Numbered from the stretch's first letter, positions 49,374 to 59,733 are shown. The stretch is DNA of 64,000 bases from Candidatus Zhuqueibacterota bacterium (GCA_016934825.1 JAFGSB010000067.1:7280-71279); one strand, 5' to 3'. Notes: a model not told the origin generated them from the letters alone. Translations and numbers: made by a program.

Positions 49374-50045
49374 ATGGAAGGTATTCACTTGTCAGTTGAA
49401 AAAGCAGGTTTACAGGAGAGTATTTCCGTAATTAAGGTAGGCGGATATATAGACACAACCACTTCTTCTGAACTGGAACAGGCATTAAATAACTTAATTA
49501 AAGCAGGCTCATATTTAATTATTATTGATTTGGGAAATGTGGACTATGTCAGCAGCGCTGGTTGGGGTATTTTTATAAGTGAAATTAAAGGAATCCGGGA
49601 AAAAGGCGGAGATTTGAAACTTGTTAATATGGTCCCGGAGGTATATGAAGTATTTGAATTGCTGGAATTTCATCATATTTTAAAAGCGTATGATTCTATT
49701 GAACAAGCCATTGATGATTTTGAAAACAGGGGAATGACAAAGTATTCTGAACCGAAAAAGGAAATTAAACCGCCAAAACCCAAAGAGCCTTTGAAAAAAG
49801 AGCCGGTTGTCGAGGAGGAATTCCCAAAAATATCACAGGCCGCTATTTTATCAATTGATGAAAAAATTCAAAAAATTATTGCGGCGAACCCGGACGCCAG
49901 TACCATTCAAATTGTAAAATTATTAAACAGCAAAGAATACGGTTATGTCAAAGTTGGTTGGTTTGGTCTGAGACGTGCTCTGAAAAGATTGAATCTGGAT
50001 TCAAAGAAGAAAAGAAAGTTACATTCAATCACTTATGACGGTTAA
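49374..50045 (+). CDS. STAS-domain anti-sigma-factor antagonist (SpoIIAA/RsbV-like) with K/E/P-rich linker and extra C-terminal domain
   Basis: STAS core (VIKVGGYIDTTTSSELEQALNNL...IIIDLGNVDYVSSAGWGIFISEI...GGDLKLVNMVPEVYEVFELLEF) including a phosphorylatable Ser in the DYVSSAG context. A ~100-aa extension follows (PKKEIKPPKPKEP... then a basic helical domain). Confidence 0.8.
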   Translation: MEGIHLSVEKAGLQESISVIKVGGYIDTTTSSELEQALNNLIKAGSYLIIIDLGNVDYVSSAGWGIFISEIKGIREKGGDLKLVNMVPEVYEVFELLEFHHILKAYDSIEQAIDDFENRGMTKYSEPKKEIKPPKPKEPLKKEPVVEEEFPKISQAAILSIDEKIQKIIAANPDASTIQIVKLLNSKEYGYVKVGWFGLRRALKRLNLDSKKKRKLHSITYDG

Positions 50046-50146
50046 TATTTAACCGTTCTTAATTAAAATAAAAGGGGATCTTTTTTTAATAAAAGTTTAA
50101 AATATTCTGAATAGATTTCCTGCCGTTCACACTCTTATTGAACTAA

Positions 50147-51136
<990 letters not shown>

Positions 51137-51149
51137 CAACGATTATAAA

Positions 51150-52262
51150 ATGGAAACACCTCAGCAAATCAAAATTGATCCCGGTGATTTATTACGTCTA
51201 AGTGTTATTCCGGGGATTGGCTCAAAAAAGATCCGTACGCTCATAGCACGTTTTAAAACGCCGTCAAACGTTTTTAAAGCTTCTTACCGGGAATTATTGC
51301 AAATAGAAGGTGTCAGCAAATTACTGGTGACAAATATAAAAAAATTCCGAAATGATGACTTTGTTTCCAGACAATTACAACTTTTAACAAAAAACAAAAC
51401 CAGGATTTTATCATACTGGGACAATGAATATCCTGTTTTATTAAAAAAGATTGAAGACCCGCCGGTTATATTGTATATTAACGGGGAAATCAGGCATAAT
51501 GATAAAAAGAGTATTGCTATTGTCGGCACGCGGAATCCCAGTACTTATGGTAAACTGGTCACGGAGAGATTCGCACGCGAACTGGCATTAAAAGATTTTA
51601 CCATAGTAAGCGGTTTGGCCAGGGGCGTTGATACTATCGCTCATAACGCAGTTTTGTCCGTTGGAGGAAATACGGTTGCAGTCCTCGGCTCCGGCGTGGA
51701 TGTCATTTATCCCTCAGAAAATCAAAAATTGTCCGAAACCATAACCGGCAGCGGCGCTGTAATATCGGAGTTTCCGATGGGAACCAAACCGGAAGCCGTA
51801 TATTTCCCGCGGCGGAATCGAATTATTGCCGGGATGTGTCTGGCAACTCTCGTGATTGAGGCGGGTAAAAAGAGCGGCGCGTTAATAACTGCGGACCGGG
51901 CGCTGGAACAGGGCAGAGACGTATTTGCCGTTCCAGGAAATATCAACAATCCAAAAAGCGCAGGCTGCAACGAGCTGATCCAGCAGGGAGCTAAACTCGT
52001 TCGTTCAATTGATGATATTCTGGAGGAATTCAGTTTTAGCACTGAAAAACCAAAAAATATTGCTGAACAGTTGTCGCATATCCCCCTATCTAAACATGAA
52101 GAAAAGATATTCAATCTGCTGTCCAATGAGCCGTTGCATATCGACCAGATTTCGGAACAGGGCGGATTGCCCATATCGCAGGTTTTAAGTGTTTTATTGT
52201 CCCTTGAATTAAAAAACCTTGTAAAACAAATGGTGGGCAAGAATTTCATCAGGGCATTATAG
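51150..52262 (+). CDS. dprA: DNA processing protein DprA (Smf)
   Basis: Rossmann-like DprA core (IAIVGTRNPSTYG...TIVSGLARGVDTIAH...AVLGSG.D.IYP) and a C-terminal winged-helix-like tail. Confidence 0.9.
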   Translation: METPQQIKIDPGDLLRLSVIPGIGSKKIRTLIARFKTPSNVFKASYRELLQIEGVSKLLVTNIKKFRNDDFVSRQLQLLTKNKTRILSYWDNEYPVLLKKIEDPPVILYINGEIRHNDKKSIAIVGTRNPSTYGKLVTERFARELALKDFTIVSGLARGVDTIAHNAVLSVGGNTVAVLGSGVDVIYPSENQKLSETITGSGAVISEFPMGTKPEAVYFPRRNRIIAGMCLATLVIEAGKKSGALITADRALEQGRDVFAVPGNINNPKSAGCNELIQQGAKLVRSIDDILEEFSFSTEKPKNIAEQLSHIPLSKHEEKIFNLLSNEPLHIDQISEQGGLPISQVLSVLLSLELKNLVKQMVGKNFIRAL

Positions 52263-52288
52263 GATTGTAATGCCGGGGAAAATAATAT

Positions 52289-52317
52289 TTGACATATAAG
52301 TATATATTTTGTAAATT
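52289..52317 (+). promoter_or_regulatory. Putative promoter of the tRNA-Ser pair (TTGACA-17-TAAATT)
   Basis: TTGACA at 52289..52294, 17-nt spacer, TAAATT at 52312..52317. Lies 10 nt upstream of tRNA nucleotide 1. Confidence 0.4.
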
Positions 52318-52327
52318 TTATATCTTT

Positions 52328-52411
52328 GGAGGGCTAGTCCTAATTGGTAAGGCAGCGGTCTTGAAAACCGCCGCGCTCACGCGCATGGGAGTTCGAGTCT
52401 CCCGCCCTCCG
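52328..52411 (+). tRNA. tRNA-Ser (anticodon TGA), type II with long variable arm
   Basis: Manual cloverleaf: acceptor GGAGGGC/GCCCTCC plus G73, 3-bp D stem, anticodon stem GCGGT/ACCGC with loop CTTGAAA, variable hairpin CGCG-CTCA-CGCG, T stem GGGAG/CTCCC with TTCGAGT loop. No encoded CCA. Confidence 0.85.
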
Positions 52412-52439
52412 CTTAACCGACATAAAGCGGGCGAAATTC

Positions 52440-52527
52440 GGAGAGATGCCAGAGTGGCTGAATGGGGCGGCCTGCTAAGCCGTTGTAGGAGTTTATCCTA
52501 CCCAGGGTTCGAATCCCTGTCTCTCCG
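52440..52527 (+). tRNA. tRNA-Ser (anticodon GCT), type II
   Basis: Acceptor GGAGAGA/TCTCTCC plus G, anticodon stem GCGGC/GCCGT with loop CTGCTAA, long variable arm, T arm CAGGG-TTCGAAT-CCCTG. Closely parallels E. coli tRNA-Ser(GCU). Confidence 0.85.
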
Positions 52528-52550
52528 CTCATTTTAAAAGAGATAAAGCA

Positions 52551-52922
52551 ATGAGACTTGAATTAAAAAGAATTGAAATCTGGCCGGTCGTAAAAATTGT
52601 TTTTTTGATATCTCTGATTATCGGTTTTATTATTAGCTTGCTTTATGCCGGTTTTTTCATGGTTATGGGATCCTTAGTCGGGGCAATAGGCGGCGAAGAT
52701 ATTACTCCCATGATCCCCGCAAGCGGCGCTATGGCACTGGTAATTATCATTTTCGGAACTATTGGCGTTGCGGTTGCCTATACGATCGGGTCGGTCATAT
52801 TTGTTACCATTTACAATATTTTTTCCAAAGTTACCGGCGGATTTATAGTTAACTTTGAAAATCTCGATAATAAAACAAAAGTAATTGATTCATCCTACAT
52901 TGTGGAGAAAGAAACCCCGTAA
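52551..52922 (+). CDS. Small integral membrane protein (hypothetical)
   Basis: 123 aa with two or three hydrophobic helices. Immediately precedes gltX. Confidence 0.55.
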   Translation: MRLELKRIEIWPVVKIVFLISLIIGFIISLLYAGFFMVMGSLVGAIGGEDITPMIPASGAMALVIIIFGTIGVAVAYTIGSVIFVTIYNIFSKVTGGFIVNFENLDNKTKVIDSSYIVEKETP

Positions 52923-54440
52923 GTGACAAAAGTTCGCACCAGATTTGCACCGAGTCCCACAGGTTTTGTTCACATTGGTGGACTGCGGACAGCCCTTTAT
53001 AATTACCTGTTCGCAAAAAGACATGCCGGGACTTTTATTTTGCGTATCGAAGATACCGACCGCACCCGTTTTGTTGAGGGAGCAACCGAAAACCTGATCC
53101 ATGCTTTGGATTGGGCGGGATTGGTTCCCGATGAGGGGCCCTCAAGCGGGGGCGATTACGGCCCTTACTATCAATCACAACGGACCGGGCTATATCAAAA
53201 ATACGCCCGGGACTTGCTGGATAAAGGTTATGCCTATTACGCGTTCGACACTCCCGAAGAGATCGAGTCCATGCGGGAGAAAGTCCGGCAGGCCGGGGCT
53301 CCGCCGCCCAAATATGATTTTCATGTCCGCTTGAATATGCGCAACAGCCTGACCCTGGGCGAAACAGAAGTACAAAAGTTACTGGATGAGGGCACACCTT
53401 ATGTTATACGGTTAAAGATTCCTGAAGACCGGACTTTTGATGTTGAAGATAAAATCCGCGGCCGGGTCTCTTTTAACAGTTCCCAGGTAGACGACCAGGT
53501 GTTGATCAAATCCGACGGATACCCGACATATCATCTGGCAAATATCGTCGATGACCATTTGATGGACATTACTCACGTGATCCGCGGAGAAGAATGGTTA
53601 AGCAGTGTACCGAAACATTTGTATTTGTACGAGTGTTTTGGCTGGCAGTCGCCGGTGATGGCCCATTTACCGCTTATTTTAAACCCGGATAAATCCAAAA
53701 TGAGCAAGCGGGATATCACATCGCTTGACGATATGCCCTCCGGCAAAGTTGATCCGGATGTGGCGTCCTATATTAAAAAGGGCTATGAACCTGAAGCGCT
53801 CATTAATTATATTGCTCTTTTGGGCTGGAATCCCGGAGAGGGCGATGAACGGCAGATTTTTCCCGTTCATGATCTGGTACAGGAATTTTCACTTGAGCGG
53901 GTTAATAAAGCGGCGGCGGTCTTTGATCTGAAAAAGCTTGACTGGATCAATTCCCAGCATATTTCGCTGAAGGATACTAAAGAACTGGTTGAACGGATCA
54001 AACCGCAGTTGGCGGGAAAAGGTATTGTCCCGGAATCGGATGAATATCTTGTGAGAGTGGTTGATCTGTTAAAGACTCGTATGTCGTTTATCGATCAGTT
54101 TGTCACGTTAGGCGAATATTTTTTTTGTGAACCGGAACAATACGATCCCGTGACCGTAAAAAAGAGGTGGAAAGACGATTCGGTAAAATTAATACTTGAA
54201 TTTATCGAAGAGATTTCTAAATTAGAAATGTTTGATAAAGCGGGAATGGAACAGGCGCTGCATCGGGTCGCGGAAAGAAACGACGCCGGCGCGGGCCGGA
54301 TCATCCATCCCATTCGTTTGGCTGTTTCCGGCACAGGTGTGGGACCCGGACTTTATGAGTTGCTCGAAGTTTTAGGCAGGGAAACGGTTATAAACCGTCT
54401 TAAAAAAGGCATAAAAGACATACCGAAAATGAAACAATAG
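52923..54440 (+). CDS. gltX: Glutamate--tRNA ligase (GluRS), GTG start
   Basis: HIGH motif (FAPSPTGFVHIGGLRTALYNYL), KMSKR motif (KMSKRD), and an anticodon-binding C-terminal domain. Confidence 0.95.
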   Translation: MTKVRTRFAPSPTGFVHIGGLRTALYNYLFAKRHAGTFILRIEDTDRTRFVEGATENLIHALDWAGLVPDEGPSSGGDYGPYYQSQRTGLYQKYARDLLDKGYAYYAFDTPEEIESMREKVRQAGAPPPKYDFHVRLNMRNSLTLGETEVQKLLDEGTPYVIRLKIPEDRTFDVEDKIRGRVSFNSSQVDDQVLIKSDGYPTYHLANIVDDHLMDITHVIRGEEWLSSVPKHLYLYECFGWQSPVMAHLPLILNPDKSKMSKRDITSLDDMPSGKVDPDVASYIKKGYEPEALINYIALLGWNPGEGDERQIFPVHDLVQEFSLERVNKAAAVFDLKKLDWINSQHISLKDTKELVERIKPQLAGKGIVPESDEYLVRVVDLLKTRMSFIDQFVTLGEYFFCEPEQYDPVTVKKRWKDDSVKLILEFIEEISKLEMFDKAGMEQALHRVAERNDAGAGRIIHPIRLAVSGTGVGPGLYELLEVLGRETVINRLKKGIKDIPKMKQ

Positions 54441-54444
54441 ACAC

Positions 54445-54515
54445 TGGGGTGTCGTCCAGCGGCAGGACACATGACTCTGGATCATGGAACCGGGGTTCGA
54501 ATCCCTGCACCCCAG
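54445..54515 (+). tRNA. tRNA-Gln (anticodon CTG)
   Basis: Manual cloverleaf: U1-A72 acceptor (TGGGGTG/CACCCCA plus G73), as in bacterial tRNA-Gln. D stem GTCC/GGAC, anticodon stem CATGA/TCATG with loop CTCTGGA, T arm CGGGG-TTCGAAT-CCCTG. Starts 4 nt after the gltX stop. Confidence 0.85.
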
Positions 54516-54520
54516 CTTGT

Positions 54521-54550
54521 AAAGCCCGGAAAAACTCCCGGGCTTTTTTT
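54521..54550 (+). terminator. Rho-independent terminator after tRNA-Gln
   Basis: GC stem GCCCGG(54524..54529)/CCGGGC(54538..54543), 8-nt loop, then a T7 run 54544..54550. Confidence 0.7.
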
Positions 54551-54837
54551 GTGTATGTATTTGGTCCGGGACACGAAAAGCCATTGTTTTAAAACAATCA
54601 ATTTGCAACAAACCCATTACTCACGCCCAACCAACTCAGAGTCCATTATTTTAAATATAAATTTCCTGTTATTGCTTTTTTAGTTAATAGTTATTATTAT
54701 ATAATACAGACTTGAATTTTATTGAATAAGGACTGTTAAATTATCAGGGGAACGGCAATCTGTTATAAATTTGTCGAAGTAATGTGTCTAAAGAAATCGA
54801 TAAAAGATGGAAAATATTATTTCAAGGAGAACAGGCC

Positions 54838-56166
54838 ATGAGCAAAAAAGCAGACAATACAAATAACAATGTAACGCGCAGAGATTTTATTAAAACAACT
54901 GCTGGTGCGGGCGCGGCGGCCATCCTGGCCGGGAGCCGTATTGGATATACACAGGGATCGGACAAGATCCGGGTCGGGCTGATCGGCTGCGGCGGACGCG
55001 GTACGGGCGCCGGAATTATCGATTGCGCTCAGTCGTCAGAGGGAATAGAACTGGTTGCGATAGGCGATTTGTTTCAGGACCGTTTAGACGCGGCGCCGGA
55101 GGAAATCAGGAAAAATTTGTTAAAAAGAGAATTGCCCGTCAATGACATTTACAAGGTCACCCCGGAAACAACATTTGTGGGTTTTGACGCCTATAAAAAA
55201 GTAATAGCCAGTGATGTGGATATGGTCATATTAACGACGCCGCCGAATTTTCGACCGCAGCACCTCCGCGCCGCCGTGGAGGCAGGCAAACATGTATTTA
55301 TTGAAAAACCGATTGCCGTTGATCCGGTAGGTGTCCGGTCCGTTATCGAAAGCGCCAAACTGGCAGAACAAAAGGGTCTCACGCTTGTAGCGGGTACACA
55401 GTTTCGGAGATTGGATTCCTATCGTGAAACCATTAAACGACTCCATGACGGCGCTATCGGAGAGATAACAGGCGGCCAGGTTGTACGCAACGGAGGAGGG
55501 ATGAGTGACTGGCGGACGGAAGAAAAAACACAGAAATCCGAGTGGTCGGATATGGAATATCAAATTCGCCGTTGGTTATTCTGGACATGGTTGTCAGGCG
55601 ATTTTATAGTTGAAATGCATGTACACAATCTGGATATTATGAACTGGACATTACAAGCCCATCCGGTGCAGTGCATGGGTGTCGGCGGCAGACAAGTCCG
55701 GACGGCCCCGGAATTCGGAAATGTGTTCGATCATTTTGCTGTGGAATACGAGTATCCCAACGATGTTTATATCGAATATATCGGGTCGCAGATCAACAAG
55801 ATTACCTCCCGCAACGATCAACGTTTGGCCGGAACAAAAGGATCAGTTTATATGGATGCCGGAAATGGAGTGATTAAAGGTGTTAATCCTTATGAATTTG
55901 ACAGGGAACAGCAAGACCCGGCCGTGCGCGAATATGCCGAGATGATTGACAGTATTCGGAACGGCAAAGCCATCAACGAAGGGCGCCAGATCGCGGAGAG
56001 CACAATGACTGCTATCATCGGCCGTATGAGCGCATATACCGGCCGGACATTCAAGTGGGATTGGGCCATGAACGCATCGAAACTGGATCTCAGCCCTGAA
56101 AAATGGGAGTTTGGCGATATGCCGGAAATGCCCGTGGCCATGCCGGGAGTTACGGAATTAATATAA
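54838..56166 (+). CDS. Gfo/Idh/MocA family oxidoreductase with twin-arginine (TAT) signal peptide
   Basis: TAT motif (TRRDFIKTTAGAGAAAILAG). NAD(P) Rossmann (RVGLIGCGGRGTG) and a GFO_IDH_MocA C-terminal domain. Start placed at the ATG with an AGGAGA RBS rather than the listed GTG at 54784. Confidence 0.85.
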   Translation: MSKKADNTNNNVTRRDFIKTTAGAGAAAILAGSRIGYTQGSDKIRVGLIGCGGRGTGAGIIDCAQSSEGIELVAIGDLFQDRLDAAPEEIRKNLLKRELPVNDIYKVTPETTFVGFDAYKKVIASDVDMVILTTPPNFRPQHLRAAVEAGKHVFIEKPIAVDPVGVRSVIESAKLAEQKGLTLVAGTQFRRLDSYRETIKRLHDGAIGEITGGQVVRNGGGMSDWRTEEKTQKSEWSDMEYQIRRWLFWTWLSGDFIVEMHVHNLDIMNWTLQAHPVQCMGVGGRQVRTAPEFGNVFDHFAVEYEYPNDVYIEYIGSQINKITSRNDQRLAGTKGSVYMDAGNGVIKGVNPYEFDREQQDPAVREYAEMIDSIRNGKAINEGRQIAESTMTAIIGRMSAYTGRTFKWDWAMNASKLDLSPEKWEFGDMPEMPVAMPGVTELI

Positions 56167-56533
56167 GGCAGTATATGACATTTAGCAAAAGATAAAAAAT
56201 CTTTCCGAACCGGATAGTGTTAGGAGTATAATTAATGTTGGGCGCTACGAACGTTTAGTGGTTCTTCCTAAAGGCAAACAAATTGAGTATATATTGCTAA
56301 ACAGATAACATAAATTAATAGCGAACCAAAATGGATTTATTTTGAACGGCTTTTATTGCTTCGTTATATAAAACTAAAATTTATTGAGCGCTGCTTTCCA
56401 TTGTCATTTCGAGAGAATTGAGATTGAGAAAGCAGTTATTTTTGATAATGTTTTCATTCAAATTGAATTTTTTGAATAGCCTGTAAAAAGCGATACTTCT
56501 GAAATACTATATTTACCATAGGAGAAAAATCAC

Positions 56534-57226
56534 ATGTCTTTAGTTGAATTAAAGCACGTTACAAAAAACTATCAAATGGGAGAAATGTCTGTTCGGGCGT
56601 TAAAAAATATTGAAATAGAAATTGATGAACAATCCTTCGTTTCTTTTGTAGGGCCTTCAGGCAGCGGCAAAACAACATTGCTAAATCTTATCGGTTGTCT
56701 TGACAAGCCTTCATCTGGCGAGGTGTTTGTGAATGGCAAACAGGTGAACAATTTCTCCAATAAGGAATCTGCCCTGTTTCGAGGTCAGCATCTGGGATTC
56801 ATATTTCAAAATTTTAATTTATTGCCTGTGTTGAGCGCTTATGAAAACGTGGAATATCCGCTGATAATGGTGCAAAATATTCCAGCAAAAAAACGCAAGG
56901 AAAGAATTATGCACTATTTGGAAGCAGTCGGTATGGCTGATCAAAAAGACAAATATCCTTCTCAGCTTTCGGGAGGACAAAAACAGCGGGTTGCTGTCTC
57001 CCGAGCGCTTGTCACTGATCCCAAATTGGTGCTGGCAGACGAGCCCACAGCCAACCTGGATCATGTTTCAGCGTTTAAAGTTATTGAACTAATGAGGCAA
57101 ATGCAGCATGATTTTAAAACAACGTTTATATTTTCAACTCACGATCCCAAAATCGTCAAGGAAGCTGAAATTATTTATACACTTGAAGACGGAGAAATTG
57201 TAGACAAAGAAATTGCTACTTTATGA
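56534..57226 (+). CDS. ABC transporter ATP-binding protein (MacB/LolD-like)
   Basis: Walker A ([12 protein letters not shown]), signature ([15 protein letters not shown]), Walker B ([12 protein letters not shown]). Confidence 0.9.
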   Translation: MSLVELKHVTKNYQMGEMSVRALKNIEIEIDEQSFVSFVGPSGSGKTTLLNLIGCLDKPSSGEVFVNGKQVNNFSNKESALFRGQHLGFIFQNFNLLPVLSAYENVEYPLIMVQNIPAKKRKERIMHYLEAVGMADQKDKYPSQLSGGQKQRVAVSRALVTDPKLVLADEPTANLDHVSAFKVIELMRQMQHDFKTTFIFSTHDPKIVKEAEIIYTLEDGEIVDKEIATL

Positions 57227-57273
57227 AAATCCAATCGACATTTTGTGAGATATCTTTTGGGAGAAAATAAAAA

Positions 57274-58527
57274 ATGAAAAATATTTTCAAGATAGCCATT
57301 CGAAATTTACTTCGATATAAAAGACGCACCCTGATGACCTCTCTGCTCATCATTTTTGGGGTCGTTTTGGTAATCGTTTTTTCTGGAGTGTCTGTTTCAT
57401 TTAAAAGCATGATGATTGGCTCCATCACAGACTCAATGCTGGGTCATTTGCAAATTCATAAAAAAGGATACGTCAGTTCCATCGATAACCTTCCCCTGCA
57501 TCTAAACATTGATGAAAAAGGCATCAAACAACTTGATAAGATATTTGAAAAACACAGCGACGTTATAGAAGCATATTCCTATCGGATAAAATTTGGCGCC
57601 ATGCTCAGTAATTTCATGGAAACGACCAATATTCGTTTGACCGCGGTTCAGCCGCAAATGGAAAATGCTGCCTGTCCCCGATTGGTAGAAAGGATTTTAG
57701 GCAAAGTTCAGGACCCCGGTAAATTTATTGAACAGGGGAAAATAATCATTCCTGAAAATTTATCCAAAGGATTGAAGCTCAAACCGGGGGATGAGATCGT
57801 TCTTGTTGCCAACAATAAAGATGGTTCTGTTAATGGCTTGACCCTCACAGTCTCCCATATCATCGAAGGGTTGCTGGGACCATCAGGGCGGGATGGATTT
57901 ATTCATATTGACGACGCCAAAATTCTGCTGCGGATATACGATAACGAAATCAATGAAGTGGCTATTCGGTTAAAGAATCCTGACAAATTGGGCAGCGTCA
58001 ATATGATACTGGCTGATGAATTATCACAATTTAAAAACCAGCAGAACAATCCGGTTTTTGAGCTGCATACCTGGGCTGACTTGTCTCCTTTTGCAACCAT
58101 TGCTTCCATTGTTGATTTGTTGATCATTACTGTCAAAATTGTACTCATCGCTATTGTGCTCATCAGTATTTTGAACATTATGATGATGTCGGTGTATGAG
58201 CGTGTCAGTGAGATTGGTACCATTTCAGCCATTGGCACGTTACCGTCGAAGGTGTTATGGTTATTCATGGCGGAAGGATTTTCGCTGGGAATAATCAGCA
58301 CCATTATTGGCAACGTCATCGGTGTATTGGCCTTGCTTTTAATTAATATTGCCAATATCCATTTTTCGTTTGGGAGAATGAAAAATATTCTTTTGGAGAT
58401 ATCAATCTCTTCATCAGAATTAATTTCGGTTTCTTTGATTGTAATAATTATCGCTGTTATTTCCAGCCTGCAGCCTGCGCTGAAGGCATCGAAAATGAAG
58501 CCGGTTGACGCGTTAAGACATATATAA
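57274..58527 (+). CDS. ABC transporter permease, FtsX-like fold (MacB/LolE family)
   Basis: N-terminal TM helix, a large periplasmic domain, and a C-terminal FtsX-like 3-TM bundle. Adjacent to the ATPase. Confidence 0.85.
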   Translation: MKNIFKIAIRNLLRYKRRTLMTSLLIIFGVVLVIVFSGVSVSFKSMMIGSITDSMLGHLQIHKKGYVSSIDNLPLHLNIDEKGIKQLDKIFEKHSDVIEAYSYRIKFGAMLSNFMETTNIRLTAVQPQMENAACPRLVERILGKVQDPGKFIEQGKIIIPENLSKGLKLKPGDEIVLVANNKDGSVNGLTLTVSHIIEGLLGPSGRDGFIHIDDAKILLRIYDNEINEVAIRLKNPDKLGSVNMILADELSQFKNQQNNPVFELHTWADLSPFATIASIVDLLIITVKIVLIAIVLISILNIMMMSVYERVSEIGTISAIGTLPSKVLWLFMAEGFSLGIISTIIGNVIGVLALLLINIANIHFSFGRMKNILLEISISSSELISVSLIVIIIAVISSLQPALKASKMKPVDALRHI

Positions 58528-58538
58528 GGAGAACAAAA

Positions 58539-58991
58539 ATGAAAAAAATTTTAATAACTTTTTCGTTTGTATTATTTATCAGTGTCTTCTCTTTTCAAGT
58601 TCAACAAGGGCTGTCTTTTACAAGCAATTCAGATGTGGACAGCTTAAAAGCCTCAGATAGAATAGCAATAGCAGCAGTTGGTGATAGTGTAAATTCGGAG
58701 ATAAGCAGCGTCGCGGGCAGGGCGCCATATTATCTTATTTTTGATGGGAACGGTGTTTTCTTAAAAGCCATAAAAAATCCATCCCAGAATCGAAGAGGTG
58801 GTGCCAGTTCAGTCGTCGTGAATATTCTCATAAAAGAATCTGTTAAAACCGTAATTGCAAACAAGTTTGGTGATAAAATGAAAAACCGATTAAAGGCGAA
58901 CAAAATAGACTATCACGAACATACAGGAAGTGTAAATAATATATTAGAAACAGTCATCAAAAACAAACGGAGTAAAAATGTACAAAAATAA
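58539..58991 (+). CDS. Secreted NifX/NafY-like (dinitrogenase FeMo-cofactor-binding fold) domain protein
   Basis: Signal peptide. Core IAIAAVGDSVNSEISSVAGRAPYYLIFDGNGVFLKAIKNP...GGASSVVVNILIKESVKTVIANKFGDKMKNRLKANKI resembles the Nitro_FeMo-Co family (..GRAPYFLIYD.., ..GI.VV.TG.IG..A...L). Confidence 0.45.
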   Translation: MKKILITFSFVLFISVFSFQVQQGLSFTSNSDVDSLKASDRIAIAAVGDSVNSEISSVAGRAPYYLIFDGNGVFLKAIKNPSQNRRGGASSVVVNILIKESVKTVIANKFGDKMKNRLKANKIDYHEHTGSVNNILETVIKNKRSKNVQK

Positions 58992-59733
58992 TGTTTCTTT
59001 TTTTCTGATATTATTTTTCATGGCATCTGTTATTTGGTCGCAGGAGAGTGCCACAAACGATACTAAAGGTGATGAGATTCTTAAAAAGGTGGATGAAAAC
59101 CTTATGCCTGTTTCTTTTGAGTCCTACCGCAAGCTCATTAATGAAGAGCCTGACGGCAGTAAAAAGGAATTTATTTTTTTTACGGTAAAAAAAGACAAAG
59201 ACAAAGTCGCCATGTTATATGTCTCCCCTGCCAGTGAAAAGGGACGCGCGACGCTGCGTTTGGGAGATAATATGTGGCTTTATATTCCCAATGTTGGAAA
59301 ACCTATTCGGATTACCAGCATGCAATCGGTTGTTGGCGGTGTGTTCAATAATGCTGATATTATGCGGCTCGAGTATTCAGTTGAATATGATGCGACCATC
59401 CTTGAGCAGAATGATTCTCAATATATTTTAAATTTAAAAGCGAAAACACAGACCATTGCCTACGATAACTTGAAAATGTGGGTCGACAAAAAAAATACCA
59501 TGGTCACAAAGGTCGAATGTTATGCCGCATCGGGAACATTAATAAAAACATTGGAATTTAAAGAAATTAAAAATTTTGGCGACGGAATCATGAGACCAGC
59601 GGTTATTGAAACGAGCAGCCCGCTGTATAAAGGCTATCGTTCATTGATGATCTACTCGCAAATGAAACCCCGGAAATTACCCGACGAAGTGTTTACGCTT
59701 GAATATTTGTCAAAATTGGGTGATTTACGATGA
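58978..59733 (+). CDS. LolA-like outer-membrane lipoprotein-sorting protein
   Basis: Signal peptide. ~250 aa with a pattern typical of the LolA-like family (..LRLGDNMWLYIPNVGKPIRIT..). Co-located with the MacB-like ABC pair. Confidence 0.6.
   Translation: MYKNNVSFFLILFFMASVIWSQESATNDTKGDEILKKVDENLMPVSFESYRKLINEEPDGSKKEFIFFTVKKDKDKVAMLYVSPASEKGRATLRLGDNMWLYIPNVGKPIRITSMQSVVGGVFNNADIMRLEYSVEYDATILEQNDSQYILNLKAKTQTIAYDNLKMWVDKKNTMVTKVECYAASGTLIKTLEFKEIKNFGDGIMRPAVIETSSPLYKGYRSLMIYSQMKPRKLPDEVFTLEYLSKLGDLR

Noticed and set aside
52289-52537. 82-aa ORF overlapping the two tRNA-Ser genes
   Set aside because: The region folds into two canonical type-II tRNAs on the same strand, so the ORF is an artefact.
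53035-53397. Antisense and alternative-frame ORFs inside gltX (120, 77 and 61 aa)
   Set aside because: Embedded in a confidently identified GluRS CDS in a GC-richer stretch. No recognisable motifs.
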